A stretch of 64,000 bases of DNA from Oligoflexus sp. GTDB lineage: Bacteria; Bdellovibrionota_B; Oligoflexia; Oligoflexales; Oligoflexaceae. The notes under the pieces were generated by a model. That model was not told the DNA's origin. It did no database searches and was given only the letters and a program-made list of their open reading frames with translations. Of this stretch, positions 39,727-49,538 are shown piece by piece. The stretch covers positions 49,466 to 113,465 of the forward strand of contig JBGSTF010000129.1 in the NCBI GenBank assembly GCA_041736645.1. The letters run 5' to 3'. How positions within the stretch are numbered: position 1 is the first letter of the stretch; every line of letters begins with the position of its first letter. Made by a program: the position numbers and the translations under genes.

Positions 39727-40362
39727 ATGGGACGAATCATCAGACTTATGTGGATCGGACTGATGCTTGGCAGTGGGACGGTTTGGGCTGCCGATGGATT
39801 GACCGGCGAGTTAGGTCTCTTTTATATGACTGACAGCGGAGTGCGGAGTCTCACCGACAATAGCGACCAGGCTTATACCGTCAAGACCAAGACCAATTAT
39901 ACCTTCTTAAGTTTGGGACTCTGCTATCGTCTGGAATGGTTTTGTATCGGACTCAAATATTTGGACGGCACCGTCGAACAGAAAACCAGTAATTCCAGCA
40001 GTGGATCTTCCGGCACCAACACCGAAACCTTCAGTGGGCCTGGACTCACTCTTGGCTACTCGTCAGGGGAATGGGTGGCTCATGCTTCGATGCTGTTTGG
40101 AGCTCAGAAAAAGATCAATGATGAAACAGCCGATCGGTTTGGAGGCAGTAGTTCCACCGGGACCCGCTATCCAGCCAAGTCTGCCACTATTCTGGATTTG
40201 GGTTATGGCTTCAAAGTTGGCAATCTACGACTAGGGCCCCTCCTAAGCATTTTGCATATGGAATACAACCAGCGCTATAGCGGAGGGCAAAAAGAAACTT
40301 TGCCAAGCAAGGAATCTGATGATTTTATCATGCCGCACTTCGCTCTGTGGATGGATTTTTAA
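39727..40362 (+). CDS. outer-membrane beta-barrel protein (OmpW or small porin-like)
   Basis: A signal peptide (MWIGLMLGSGTVWA), alternating amphipathic strands and a C-terminal Phe (WMDF) are present. A GAGGGGGA RBS precedes the start. Confidence 0.6.
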   Translation: MGRIIRLMWIGLMLGSGTVWAADGLTGELGLFYMTDSGVRSLTDNSDQAYTVKTKTNYTFLSLGLCYRLEWFCIGLKYLDGTVEQKTSNSSSGSSGTNTETFSGPGLTLGYSSGEWVAHASMLFGAQKKINDETADRFGGSSSTGTRYPAKSATILDLGYGFKVGNLRLGPLLSILHMEYNQRYSGGQKETLPSKESDDFIMPHFALWMDF

Positions 40363-41972
40363 GGACTATTTAAGATAAATTGCCGCCAAGCAATCAAGGC
40401 GTCCGCTTCATCGTAGGCGAGCACCCTCCATTTCTGCCCTGGTTCAAGAGCCCAAGTCGCCTTGCTATAGAAAATCTTTCTGGTCGTGAGGCTGCTACTC
40501 ATGTCTAAGGTTTCGCGTTCTTTCACACAGTGCGGAATTGTGCCGTCTTCGATCTGACAAAATTCCAGCGTGGTGGCTTCCAGCGGGGCGGAAGCGGCCA
40601 GATAGTAGCTGCTATCGGCCTTTTGCACTGCAATTTTAATTTTTTGGGCAAGGTTGCTGGGAAGCAAAGCGCTTTTCAATTCTTCATAGCCGGCGCTCAG
40701 ACTTTGGAGTCCTGCCTGGTGCGCAGTGAAGAGTAGAGCTAATTGAGTGATCCGTTTGAGCAGAAGTCCATCATCGAATTGCCTTCGATTATCATCGCCG
40801 GTATGAATTTGGGGGTTGTAATGGACTGGATCTTCAAAGGCAAAGACTGTGGGAAATCCTTGGTCATAGAACGATTTATGATCAGAAGCTGAACCTTTAG
40901 GTAAATGGCCAAATTTATAGATAGGACCCAAATATCCGCGAATGAGATCGACAGTCATGCGACGCAGATCCCGGCTGCTGTATTCTTCGAGTATATGAAT
41001 GATGCCACTCGCTCCCGGGCTGCTGTAATAGGCCATATCGATTTGATACATCCCTGCAATCTTTCGACCAGCGGCGGCATAGTCAGCGGCAATCGCCCGA
41101 CTGCCGACCAGTCCAACCTCTTCTGCAGCATAGGCTTGCAATTCAATGCTACGATCGAAAGTGAGTTGAGACGTTTCAATCAGCCGCAGGATTTCGGTGA
41201 GAGCCGCGATTCCAGATGCATCATCATCAGCGCCTGGGGAAACTCCTGTGTTGCTGTCGCCACTACGCGAAATTGTGCTGTCGAGATGGGCGCCAATGAT
41301 CACGGTTTCACTTGGGTTTTTTAAGCCAGGTAAAGTCGCAACAATGGACTTTTGCCCACTTAAGCTTTGGCTCACTTCAGTGATCGTCCAACGATTGGAT
41401 AGCATCTGATTTTCCCAAAGCTGGCGAACGGTCGTGTGCGCTGTTTGTCCTTGAGGATGCCGGTGGTATCGGGAGGGCAGGGCCGCAAGAGTGTCGACTG
41501 TTTGGTCGAGCTGATTCAGCGAAACGTTTTGAGTGAGGCTTTTTAAGTCCTCAAAAACAGCTGTTGCCCCAAAAATCGGTGGGAGAATCGTGTTGCTGCT
41601 CGCCACTGTGGAGTTCAATCCAAGCCATTCGATACTGCCACACATGCCGGTACTGGTGTGAGCAAGTGAAGCGAGAGCTTCCAGTTGATCCACATGATCG
41701 ATGGGCACGAGGTAATAATTCAAATCCAATGATTGAGTCATAGGAGCCAAACTAAAATCTTTTGGGAGAATGCTTTGCAGGGCCAAGGAATGTTTTGCCT
41801 TTAAAACTGCATAGCCGAGTTTGGGATAAGGCCCTCGCTTGGGTTTGGCCAAGTGCATAGTTCCGTCGGTCCAGATCAGATGACTTTTATCAGGCGATCG
41901 GAATTGAAAGCTGGGGACTTCCGCCAATGCCGCAGTCGCCATCCATGCCAAGGTCAAGAGGAGATGTTTCAT
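40359..41972 (-). CDS. secreted M28-family Zn aminopeptidase
   Basis: The signal peptide is MKHLLLTLAWMATAALA. Metal ligands appear in DDDASGIAALTE and EEVGLVGS. Confidence 0.8.
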   Translation of the reverse strand: MKHLLLTLAWMATAALAEVPSFQFRSPDKSHLIWTDGTMHLAKPKRGPYPKLGYAVLKAKHSLALQSILPKDFSLAPMTQSLDLNYYLVPIDHVDQLEALASLAHTSTGMCGSIEWLGLNSTVASSNTILPPIFGATAVFEDLKSLTQNVSLNQLDQTVDTLAALPSRYHRHPQGQTAHTTVRQLWENQMLSNRWTITEVSQSLSGQKSIVATLPGLKNPSETVIIGAHLDSTISRSGDSNTGVSPGADDDASGIAALTEILRLIETSQLTFDRSIELQAYAAEEVGLVGSRAIAADYAAAGRKIAGMYQIDMAYYSSPGASGIIHILEEYSSRDLRRMTVDLIRGYLGPIYKFGHLPKGSASDHKSFYDQGFPTVFAFEDPVHYNPQIHTGDDNRRQFDDGLLLKRITQLALLFTAHQAGLQSLSAGYEELKSALLPSNLAQKIKIAVQKADSSYYLAASAPLEATTLEFCQIEDGTIPHCVKERETLDMSSSLTTRKIFYSKATWALEPGQKWRVLAYDEADALIAWRQFILNSP

Positions 41973-42163
41973 GGAGCGATATCCTGCACTGAGAGGGCGT
42001 TTTCGGTCCAATCCTCTTCACCCGTCCAGCTCATAGGTACGGCGGGAGCCAATTCGGGTCCAGTGATCACTTGTTCGCTCTGCTTTTTATGACCGCAGTG
42101 TTCTAAGACCAAGCCCGTGAGCAGCAAAATCACAATCCAAAAGAACTTGCTTAAGCGTTTCAC
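41969..42163 (-). CDS. small 64-aa protein with a signal-peptide/lipoprotein-like N-terminus
   Basis: Its stop overlaps the peptidase ATG as ATGA, which suggests translational coupling. Confidence 0.35.
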   Translation of the reverse strand: MKRLSKFFWIVILLLTGLVLEHCGHKKQSEQVITGPELAPAVPMSWTGEEDWTENALSVQDIAP

Positions 42164-42258
42164 AGGCGGGTTACTCCTGATAAAAGTGCTGAAATTCCAG
42201 GATCATTGTAACAGATCCATCAATTCCTGACATTTTCTGCCGATAAGCCTTCCAGGGA

Positions 42259-42789
42259 GTGCCTATGAAACTTACCATAACCAATTTTTTGCTTTTTTTG
42301 CCTTTTCTGGGTGGGATAGGTTGTGGCTCGGTTTTGAGCGATCAGCAGATTTCCATCGAAATGTATGGGGTCAGCAAAGCGCCGGCGAGTGCCGTGGGTG
42401 ACCGGGATCCGCACTTTCTTAGCTATCAGCTCCTAGCCGTGAATCTGACAAGTGAAGACGGCACCACAACGACCACTCTCTTTGATAACGAAGAGGATCG
42501 TATCTATCGCATTGTTGATCGGTCTCAGATCATCTATTCGAAAAAAATTACTGATCTCGTCGGCAATTCCTATGCATCTTTGAAGATGACTTTTGCGCCC
42601 CTTGTCGAAGGTGGAGAGCGTGGGGGAGAGGAGCTGAGCTTCACCATGTCCAACCCCGAATTGCTATTGGCTCAGCCCTTTGCTGTATCGACTGCCAAAG
42701 ATCTCAGCTTCCTGATCAAGATTGACTGGGGAAACACCCTGTCAGATGAGGCCTTGACCGAGCCTGAATACCAAATTTCGATCGAATAG
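42259..42789 (+). CDS. hypothetical lipoprotein
   Basis: The signal peptide has a lipobox (FLGGIGCG). Confidence 0.55.
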   Translation: MPMKLTITNFLLFLPFLGGIGCGSVLSDQQISIEMYGVSKAPASAVGDRDPHFLSYQLLAVNLTSEDGTTTTTLFDNEEDRIYRIVDRSQIIYSKKITDLVGNSYASLKMTFAPLVEGGERGGEELSFTMSNPELLLAQPFAVSTAKDLSFLIKIDWGNTLSDEALTEPEYQISIE

Positions 42790-42997
42790 ATATATTGTAA
42801 CCATCTGTTTTAAATAATAAAAAATACAAGTCAGCAGCATGGCAGGAAAAAGCCTCGCCAAGCGTTATCTCTTTGCGGAGAAGGTCTGCTCTAACCACAT
42901 TGGCTTATTCAGAAATTTCTCATGCAATAATCATCAGAGATGTGACATCTCTCAAGAGTAGCGTTAAAAACCGAGTGATACAGTCAAGGATTCCATC

Positions 42998-43732
42998 ATG
43001 CTGCCAACCACCCTGGCCCTTTATATTGCGACCCAAGTGACGCTGGCTCAGCCCGTTAAACCTTCTTGCGACTCAGGCTCCCAGTGGAACGCCAGCCAAA
43101 AAGCCTGTGAAATTGTGGAAAAGGATTGCGGCACCCGATTCGGTTGGGATCGTCGCCTGCAAAGCTGCCAGCTATTGCCGCCAACACGCGAGCAATGCTG
43201 GTCTGATGGACAGCAACTGGATTCGGCCACTCGGACCTGTGTTCCCGTTCAATTAAGCGCTTTCTGTCGCGAGCATAATTGGGATTACGAGCAAGAGCAT
43301 ACTGTGTCACGGATCTTGAATGATCTGGGAGCTCATGATTGTGAGGAAGCCGAAGCTTTGATCGCGAAAACCCGCAAACTGAGCCTGCATTCCGCTGGTT
43401 TTCTCAAAATTCAAGACTTGCGTCCACTGCGCGCCTTACCATTTATTGAAGAGCTGAATCTGGATGGGCAGCGTATCAACGACCTTATGCCCCTGCAGAA
43501 GTTAACTCGATTGAAAAAGCTGTCGTTGCGCAACAACGAAATTTTTGATCTTTCGCCTCTGCTCACTTTAAGCCGTTTGGAAAGTCTTGATTTATCGGGT
43601 AATCTTATCAATCCCAATGATTCGAGTCTGAAGGCTTTGCAAAGGAAGATGAAAGTGGCTCTTAAATTTAACCAAGCGACCGGCGCGGGTGAAGCTGCTG
43701 ATGGATCCGGCATCACCATGGATGATGAATAG
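42998..43732 (+). CDS. secreted leucine-rich-repeat (LRR) protein with an N-terminal Cys-rich module
   Basis: A signal peptide is followed by four spaced Cys pairs. LRR units include LNLDGQRINDLMPLQKLTRLKKLSLRNNEIFDLSPLLTLSRLESLDLSGNLI. Confidence 0.75.
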   Translation: MLPTTLALYIATQVTLAQPVKPSCDSGSQWNASQKACEIVEKDCGTRFGWDRRLQSCQLLPPTREQCWSDGQQLDSATRTCVPVQLSAFCREHNWDYEQEHTVSRILNDLGAHDCEEAEALIAKTRKLSLHSAGFLKIQDLRPLRALPFIEELNLDGQRINDLMPLQKLTRLKKLSLRNNEIFDLSPLLTLSRLESLDLSGNLINPNDSSLKALQRKMKVALKFNQATGAGEAADGSGITMDDE

Positions 43733-43788
43733 GTGTGGGCGGTGTGAAAGGAAAAGGAGCCGGCGGGGCTCCTCAGCTCTTGTGAAAA

Positions 43789-44880
43789 TTAAAGACTGCG
43801 TTTCAGACTCGACTGAGCTTTTCGCCTTTGTAGGGCCCCATCCAACAGGGCTGAAATGATCTGCTCGCCACTCAAGCCTGCATGCTCCCAGAGTTTAGGG
43901 AACTGCGATATAGCCGTCATGCCGGGCAGAGTATTCGCTTCGTTGAAGTAAAACTTGTGATCCTTTTTGGTGAGAAACAAATCTATCCTCGCCATGCCAT
44001 AGAGATTCAAAGCGGAAAAAATTCTTAGACTAAGGTCTCGACCCTGGTCTGCCAAATCTTTGGCCAAGGGCGCTGGCACCTTGACTTCAGCTTTGCTTGC
44101 CTGCGAATACTTTTCTTCGTAGCTGTAAAAGCCCGTGGGCACACCTATTTCGCCTGGAGCGCTGAGTTTCGGAGCGTAGCCTCCTAAACAAGCGTATTCA
44201 ATTTCCCGAGCATCTACACCCGTTTCAATCAAGACGCGGTCGTCAAACTCAAAGGCGAAATCAACGGCTCTTTCCAGCTCAAGGCGATCTTGAACGCGGC
44301 AAATTCCCACCGAACTGCCAAGACTTGAGGGCTTCACGAACATGGGGAACTGAAGCTTGTCCAAGGCTGCATGCATGACCAGCGATTTTTGTTCCTGCCA
44401 TTCATGCAATCGAGCTGCGACATACGGTACGACCGGAATTCCCGCCGCTTCCACCAACTGCTTGGCGACCACTTTGTCCATCGCAATCGCGGCACCCAGT
44501 ATGCCGGGTCCTACGTAGGCTATGCCTTGCAGGTCGAAGAATCCTTGCATCATGCCGTCTTCGCCTGTGGTGCCATGCACAATATTAAAGATCACCACAT
44601 CGCGGTTGTCAGCGGCGGGTGTCCATATTTTTTGCACGAGTTCGCGCGACTCCTGGTCGGCTTTATCTGCTGCCTGCATGGGCATTTCATTTGGCAGCTG
44701 ACGTTCCAATTCGGAACGATTTTGGGGCAGCCAGTGTCCCGCTTTATCGATCGCGATGGCGAAGGCATCAAATCGCTTGCGATCGATATGCCGCCAGATA
44801 TAGGCAGCGCTGCGACGTGAGACTTCGTGTTCAGTAGACTGTCCGCCATAGATCAGGACAGCTTTAAGTTTTTGCGACAT
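43789..44880 (-). CDS. ddl: D-alanine--D-alanine ligase
   Basis: The N-terminus is AVLIYGGQSTEHEVSRRSA. An ATP-grasp fold is evident. Confidence 0.9.
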   Translation of the reverse strand: MSQKLKAVLIYGGQSTEHEVSRRSAAYIWRHIDRKRFDAFAIAIDKAGHWLPQNRSELERQLPNEMPMQAADKADQESRELVQKIWTPAADNRDVVIFNIVHGTTGEDGMMQGFFDLQGIAYVGPGILGAAIAMDKVVAKQLVEAAGIPVVPYVAARLHEWQEQKSLVMHAALDKLQFPMFVKPSSLGSSVGICRVQDRLELERAVDFAFEFDDRVLIETGVDAREIEYACLGGYAPKLSAPGEIGVPTGFYSYEEKYSQASKAEVKVPAPLAKDLADQGRDLSLRIFSALNLYGMARIDLFLTKKDHKFYFNEANTLPGMTAISQFPKLWEHAGLSGEQIISALLDGALQRRKAQSSLKRSL

Positions 44881-44919
44881 TGGGCAACCTCCGGTTCGAC
44901 ACTTTATTGTAGCGAAGTC

Positions 44920-45888
44920 TTAAGGCTGAATCATCAGATAAAAACGTTGAGGAGCTGGATAGCCTTCGACGGTTTGGCCCGGATTCTCTGGCTCGAGAAA
45001 ATCGCTAAGGCTTTTAACCGGAGCCCATTGAGTAGCACGCTGTTCGCTGGTATCCAAGTCAGCCGCATGGATCCACCGGATGCGGGTGTAGCCAGCCCGC
45101 CGAATCCAATGTTCCAGACAGCTTCGCGTCGGCAAAAACCAGACTCCACTAGCGCCTGCATAGCGACCAGCGGGAGTCAGTGCGACAGGCTGATCACCAG
45201 CGATGCCCTGGCAATCGATAAAGATGCGACCACGGTATTTCAGAGCCCGAAACATTTTCCGTAGAAGACCAACGGGATCCGTGTGGTGATAGAGAATGCC
45301 CAAACAAAAAATGGTGTCGAATACATCAGCAAACAGATCGATGTGTTCGACACCCAGCAATTCAAAATCCAGGGCTGGGGTTGGATAAAAGTTTTGCATA
45401 AGCTGGAAATTAAGGGCATGTCGAGCCATGGGTTCAAAGCCTACGACCTGCCGCGCTCCGGCTGCCAGCATGCGATACATATAATAGCCATTGTTGCAGC
45501 CAATGTCGGCGACCACCTGACCGTCGAGTGAGCCTATTGTTGGCCAGAAGCGATCCCATTTCCAATCCGAGCGCCATTCGGCATCTATCGTCCGGCCAAA
45601 AATCTGAAAAGGCCCCTTTTTCCATGGAATAAAGGCTTTCAGTGCCTCGTCCAGCAGAACCTGCTGGTCGCCATCGAGATCAGCAGCAGAACCGATCGAA
45701 ACCATGGCATCGCCTGCCTCCAGGCATGAAGCTTTGAACGACTGAGTCTTCAGAACAGCCTTGTACTCCTTGGACCAGCGAGCTTCCAACATTCTGGGCT
45801 CAGCTTCCTGCCTGAGCTCCTCGATTCTTTGACGAGTGCTTTCGCATTGGATAAGAGGCCACCAACCTGTTTCAACCGCCGGTTTCAA
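44920..45888 (-). CDS. cmoB: tRNA U34 carboxymethyltransferase CmoB
   Basis: GSLDGQVVADIGCNNGYYMYRMLAAGARQVVGFEP aligns to the CmoB SAM-binding region. The gene overlaps cmoA. Confidence 0.85.
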   Translation of the reverse strand: MKPAVETGWWPLIQCESTRQRIEELRQEAEPRMLEARWSKEYKAVLKTQSFKASCLEAGDAMVSIGSAADLDGDQQVLLDEALKAFIPWKKGPFQIFGRTIDAEWRSDWKWDRFWPTIGSLDGQVVADIGCNNGYYMYRMLAAGARQVVGFEPMARHALNFQLMQNFYPTPALDFELLGVEHIDLFADVFDTIFCLGILYHHTDPVGLLRKMFRALKYRGRIFIDCQGIAGDQPVALTPAGRYAGASGVWFLPTRSCLEHWIRRAGYTRIRWIHAADLDTSEQRATQWAPVKSLSDFLEPENPGQTVEGYPAPQRFYLMIQP

Positions 45889-46652
45889 ACTTTGAGCTCC
45901 TTGTGGGCAACCAAAGTCAGAAAGCTATTCCATTTCATGAGCGAATCAACTGTGGTAAAGCCGGCTTGCTTCAAGTTTTCACGGTGCTCATCTTCTGTAT
46001 AGGGAATGAGAACCTGGTCGAGGGCTTCCTTTTTCCTTTCTATTTCAGTCCGACTATAACCCTGATCCTCTTTGAATCGTTCATAGAGCATCGTGGTGAG
46101 TTCCTGAAACAGAGGGGTAATGGCCCGCACTTTTTCGCTTAAGATCAGGATTCCGCCCGGGATCAAGGCTTCGTGGATGCGGCGCAAAAGGGTGGAACGG
46201 TCGGCGATAGGAAGAAACTGTAGGGTATAATTGATAATGACAACCGAGGCCTTGGGCAATGGTGTTTCGCGAATATCACGGCAGACCAGTGACAGCTGGT
46301 GGCGAGGAGGTATGTCGCACAATTTTTCGCGGGCTTTTTCAATCATGGCGGCGGACAGATCGATCGCCATAAATTGAGCCGGGGTTTGCAGGCGTTGGGC
46401 GACATGATGGGTTGTCGTCCCCGTGGAGCAACCGATATCAATGATCGAGCTTTCCGGGCGATAGAAATGAATCACCCAATCAGCAGTCGCTCGCACGACG
46501 TCAGCATACAAGGGAATCGAGCGCCGAACCATGTCATCAAAAACAAGAGCGACCTCCCGATTGAAGGCAAAGGGTTTCGGGTAGTTTTCACCGGCAAAAA
46601 TGCGGTCGTCCTGGCTGGCAAGTTTTAATTCGGGACTTGATGGTACTTCCAT
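45885..46652 (-). CDS. cmoA: carboxy-S-adenosyl-L-methionine synthase CmoA
   Basis: FDDMVRRSIPLYADV and IDIGCSTGTT are present. It is co-oriented with and overlaps cmoB. Confidence 0.85.
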   Translation of the reverse strand: MEVPSSPELKLASQDDRIFAGENYPKPFAFNREVALVFDDMVRRSIPLYADVVRATADWVIHFYRPESSIIDIGCSTGTTTHHVAQRLQTPAQFMAIDLSAAMIEKAREKLCDIPPRHQLSLVCRDIRETPLPKASVVIINYTLQFLPIADRSTLLRRIHEALIPGGILILSEKVRAITPLFQELTTMLYERFKEDQGYSRTEIERKKEALDQVLIPYTEDEHRENLKQAGFTTVDSLMKWNSFLTLVAHKELKV

Positions 46653-46814
46653 GGAGTCTTTTCCTGGTCATGAAGGAACATGCGGCAGGAAGTTATCACA
46701 GACCCGCTCCCTTGCAAAGCCACGCCGACGATGGGTGACTTTTTCTGCTGAGCAACAAGGTCAGCTTGCCAATGGGGACCGGGCATATTAAAACCAAGCC
46801 CCTGGGAGAAGCTC

Positions 46815-47561
46815 ATGCGCCTACGATCAAAAAAAACCGGTCGAATACTCGATGAAATTCGTCTGCGAGACTTCGTGATACCATGTACAATTGGCATTTA
46901 TCCGGAGGAAATAGGCCGGACTCAGCCGTTGCATGTCAATCTCGTGCTCTACCTTGATACCAGCGGAGCAGCGCGATCGGGCCAGCTCGGTCAAACTGTG
47001 GATTACGCTGCCTTAGTGAAAGAGATCCGTTTCATTCTAACTCAAGGCCATTTCCGCTTGTTGGAAAGCGCGGCTGAGGCGATGGCCTGTTACATTTTGT
47101 CGCCTCACCCTACTGACATCGCGCGGGCCGCGTGCGAAGCGGTTGAAATTGAGATCGTCAAGCCAGAAGCACTGCGTGGTCAAAGCATACCGGCGATTCG
47201 CATCGTCCGTGAAACAGGCGACCAGGTAGCGGCTCAAAGTATGCCAACATGGGATATGATCTTTGCCAGTCCGGAAACTTCGCTGTTTCGCGGCATCGTT
47301 CCGCCCCGAACCAGTCTTCGGCCTTGGTTACCAGGCTGGACAATGGCTGCGATCCTGACGGGCGGTGCCGGGTTGAAGATCTCGGGCCGGACTTTGATTG
47401 CTGGTGAAGAGTTACCGGGCGCCGAATTTATCGAGCAAAATCTGCTCAATGAGAGTGACGAGCCGCGTTCCTTTCTGGCTCTCGCTCGACGAGATCCCAA
47501 AGCGCGACAGCATAGGGATCATCCGGCTCCCTTCAGCCTGCTGCAACCATCATTTCTTTAA
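46815..47561 (+). CDS. folB: dihydroneopterin aldolase (FolB-like) domain with a ~130-aa C-terminal extension
   Basis: IGIYPEEIGRTQPLHVNLVLYLD..VDYAALVKEI..LLESAAEAMA follows the FolB pattern. Confidence 0.65.
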   Translation: MRLRSKKTGRILDEIRLRDFVIPCTIGIYPEEIGRTQPLHVNLVLYLDTSGAARSGQLGQTVDYAALVKEIRFILTQGHFRLLESAAEAMACYILSPHPTDIARAACEAVEIEIVKPEALRGQSIPAIRIVRETGDQVAAQSMPTWDMIFASPETSLFRGIVPPRTSLRPWLPGWTMAAILTGGAGLKISGRTLIAGEELPGAEFIEQNLLNESDEPRSFLALARRDPKARQHRDHPAPFSLLQPSFL

Positions 47562-47614
47562 TATCGCGATCGCGGAATCTTGCCAGGGCCGCGATCTCTG
47601 AGTGGGAATCCCGG

Positions 47615-48931
47615 ATGCATAAGTTCGACAGTCAAAAGCAGCGATTGCTGTTTACGGAAAGCCCACGGACACCTCACCTGTATCGTATTTGGAAGGCCTT
47701 GAGTGGCCATGAAACGCTGCCGCAAGTGGATCGCTGGTTAGCGCAATATTTTCGCGGCGAAAAGCGCTTTGGTAAAAAAGATCGGCAATGGTATGCCGAT
47801 GCAATGTTTGCCGCTTACCGATTCGGACCTTTAGTGGTTCATCTGGAACAAAAATTCGTTGCGCCTTTCGCCCTTTCTTCCAGTCAAAATTCCTGGCAAT
47901 TGTTAGCCAAGGTTCCCGTTGAAAATCTCTTTCACTGGCTCAGTCTCTTGATGGCGCCCTTCGAACTCGCTGCGCAAAAAGATCCCGAAAAGGCTAATTT
48001 TTTGCAGGCAGAGCGGCAAGATCTGTTCCAATCTTTGGACCTTGCGGATCAACTGATAGCCTATGGAATCCCCAGTTTTTATGCCCAGTCTCTCAAGCAA
48101 CGATTGAGTCAGAGTCAATGGAGTAGAGAGCAGTTGCAGACCTTTCTCAGGTTTCAGGTAGAGAAGGCTCCGCTTTGGGTCAGAGTCAATCGATCTGCAG
48201 ATGCCGGCGAAGCTCGTCGTCAATTGCAGGAGGCAGGTGCGGAGATTGAAGAACATGGGGACGCATGGAAGGTCATCTCTCAGAAAAATATTCAAACCTT
48301 GCCTTGTATGGAACAGGGCTCGCTCGAGATTCAAGATTTGGCGTCGCAGCGCATTGGAGCCGCTGTGCCCTTGGCTGGAGAACCCTTGGTATGGGACTGC
48401 TGTGCCGGTGGGGGCGGCAAGACTCTGCAAATAGCGACGCGTTTGCGCGGTAATGCTCGCGTTTATGCCTCTGACATAAGGTCCTACAAGCTTGCTGAAG
48501 TGGAACGTCGCGCTCAGAGGGCTGGTCTTAAGCGAGTCGAAACTCTGGCCTGGAATGGCGATCAGCTGCCGAATTTTCCCAAAGAGTGGACAAGGCAGGG
48601 TGGGGTTGACATCATTCTCATCGACGCTCCTTGCACGGGAACTGGAACCTGGCGACGCAGTCCAGACAGCAAATTTCGCTGTGATGAGGGTAGCATTAAG
48701 GAACTGCAGGATCTGCAAAAAAGCCTATTTTCTAAGGTCTTGCCAGCACTCAAAAAAGGTGGTTGCCTCGTCTATGCGACCTGCAGCTGGTTGCCTGAAG
48801 AAAATGAAGATATCATAGCTGCAGCAGTTTTCGATCACCCTGAATTATTCTGTGAAAGTCAGCAGCTTTGCGGTAATCCAGCAGAGGATAGCGATACGAT
48901 GTTTTACGCTGTGCTTCGGAAAAAAATATGA
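47615..48931 (+). CDS. RsmB/NOP2/Sun-family RNA (m5C) methyltransferase
   Basis: VWDCCAGGGGKT, IDAPCTGTGTWRR and GGCLVYATCS are present. Confidence 0.8.
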   Translation: MHKFDSQKQRLLFTESPRTPHLYRIWKALSGHETLPQVDRWLAQYFRGEKRFGKKDRQWYADAMFAAYRFGPLVVHLEQKFVAPFALSSSQNSWQLLAKVPVENLFHWLSLLMAPFELAAQKDPEKANFLQAERQDLFQSLDLADQLIAYGIPSFYAQSLKQRLSQSQWSREQLQTFLRFQVEKAPLWVRVNRSADAGEARRQLQEAGAEIEEHGDAWKVISQKNIQTLPCMEQGSLEIQDLASQRIGAAVPLAGEPLVWDCCAGGGGKTLQIATRLRGNARVYASDIRSYKLAEVERRAQRAGLKRVETLAWNGDQLPNFPKEWTRQGGVDIILIDAPCTGTGTWRRSPDSKFRCDEGSIKELQDLQKSLFSKVLPALKKGGCLVYATCSWLPEENEDIIAAAVFDHPELFCESQQLCGNPAEDSDTMFYAVLRKKI

Positions 48932-49455
48932 CAACACCCTCGCGATATCAGGAACTTCTCGATAAAGTGGACAATAAATCAGCCGAGTTTCAGGAGCGAT
49001 ATGGGGCTGCCCTGCTTTGTCGCAAGGGATGCTCGTCCTGCTGTCTTCCCGGTCTATCGGTTTTTTCGGTGGAGCGTCGAGCGATTCGAGGCTGGTTGCT
49101 GGCGAATCCTGAGTTGCTGACAACTTTGCGTCAGGATGCAGAGACCGCAAATCCCAATGCCTGCCCTTTCCTGGACTCTGGTGGTGCTTGTCGCATTTAT
49201 CCGGTACGTCCCATCATCTGCCGCAGCCAAGGACTGCCTTTATCTTTCAAAGTGGACGAGCGAGCGAAACGGGATGTTTGTCCTTTGAATCTGCAAGATA
49301 TCGAACTCTTTTCCCTGCCGACCGAGGGCCTTTTGAACCTCGATCTTTTGAATACACTCTTGGTCCTGGTGGATCAGGTGGAGGGAGGCGAAGAAGCTGG
49401 ACAGCGCTTTGCTCTCGAGCTTGAGGCCATATTAGGTTCAGACGCTCCGGTCTGA
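48928..49455 (+). CDS. YkgJ/UPF0153-family Cys-cluster (putative Fe-S or zinc) protein
   Basis: The CRKGCSSCC motif is present. An ATGA overlap with the upstream methyltransferase suggests translational coupling. Confidence 0.7.
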   Translation: MTTPSRYQELLDKVDNKSAEFQERYGAALLCRKGCSSCCLPGLSVFSVERRAIRGWLLANPELLTTLRQDAETANPNACPFLDSGGACRIYPVRPIICRSQGLPLSFKVDERAKRDVCPLNLQDIELFSLPTEGLLNLDLLNTLLVLVDQVEGGEEAGQRFALELEAILGSDAPV

Positions 49456-49538
49456 GTCCACTGGTCCGTATTTGCCGATGGGGTGAGCCCACAATTTCCT
49501 TTAAAATAGGGATATCCCCAGGCTCGAGTGAGGCTCAT

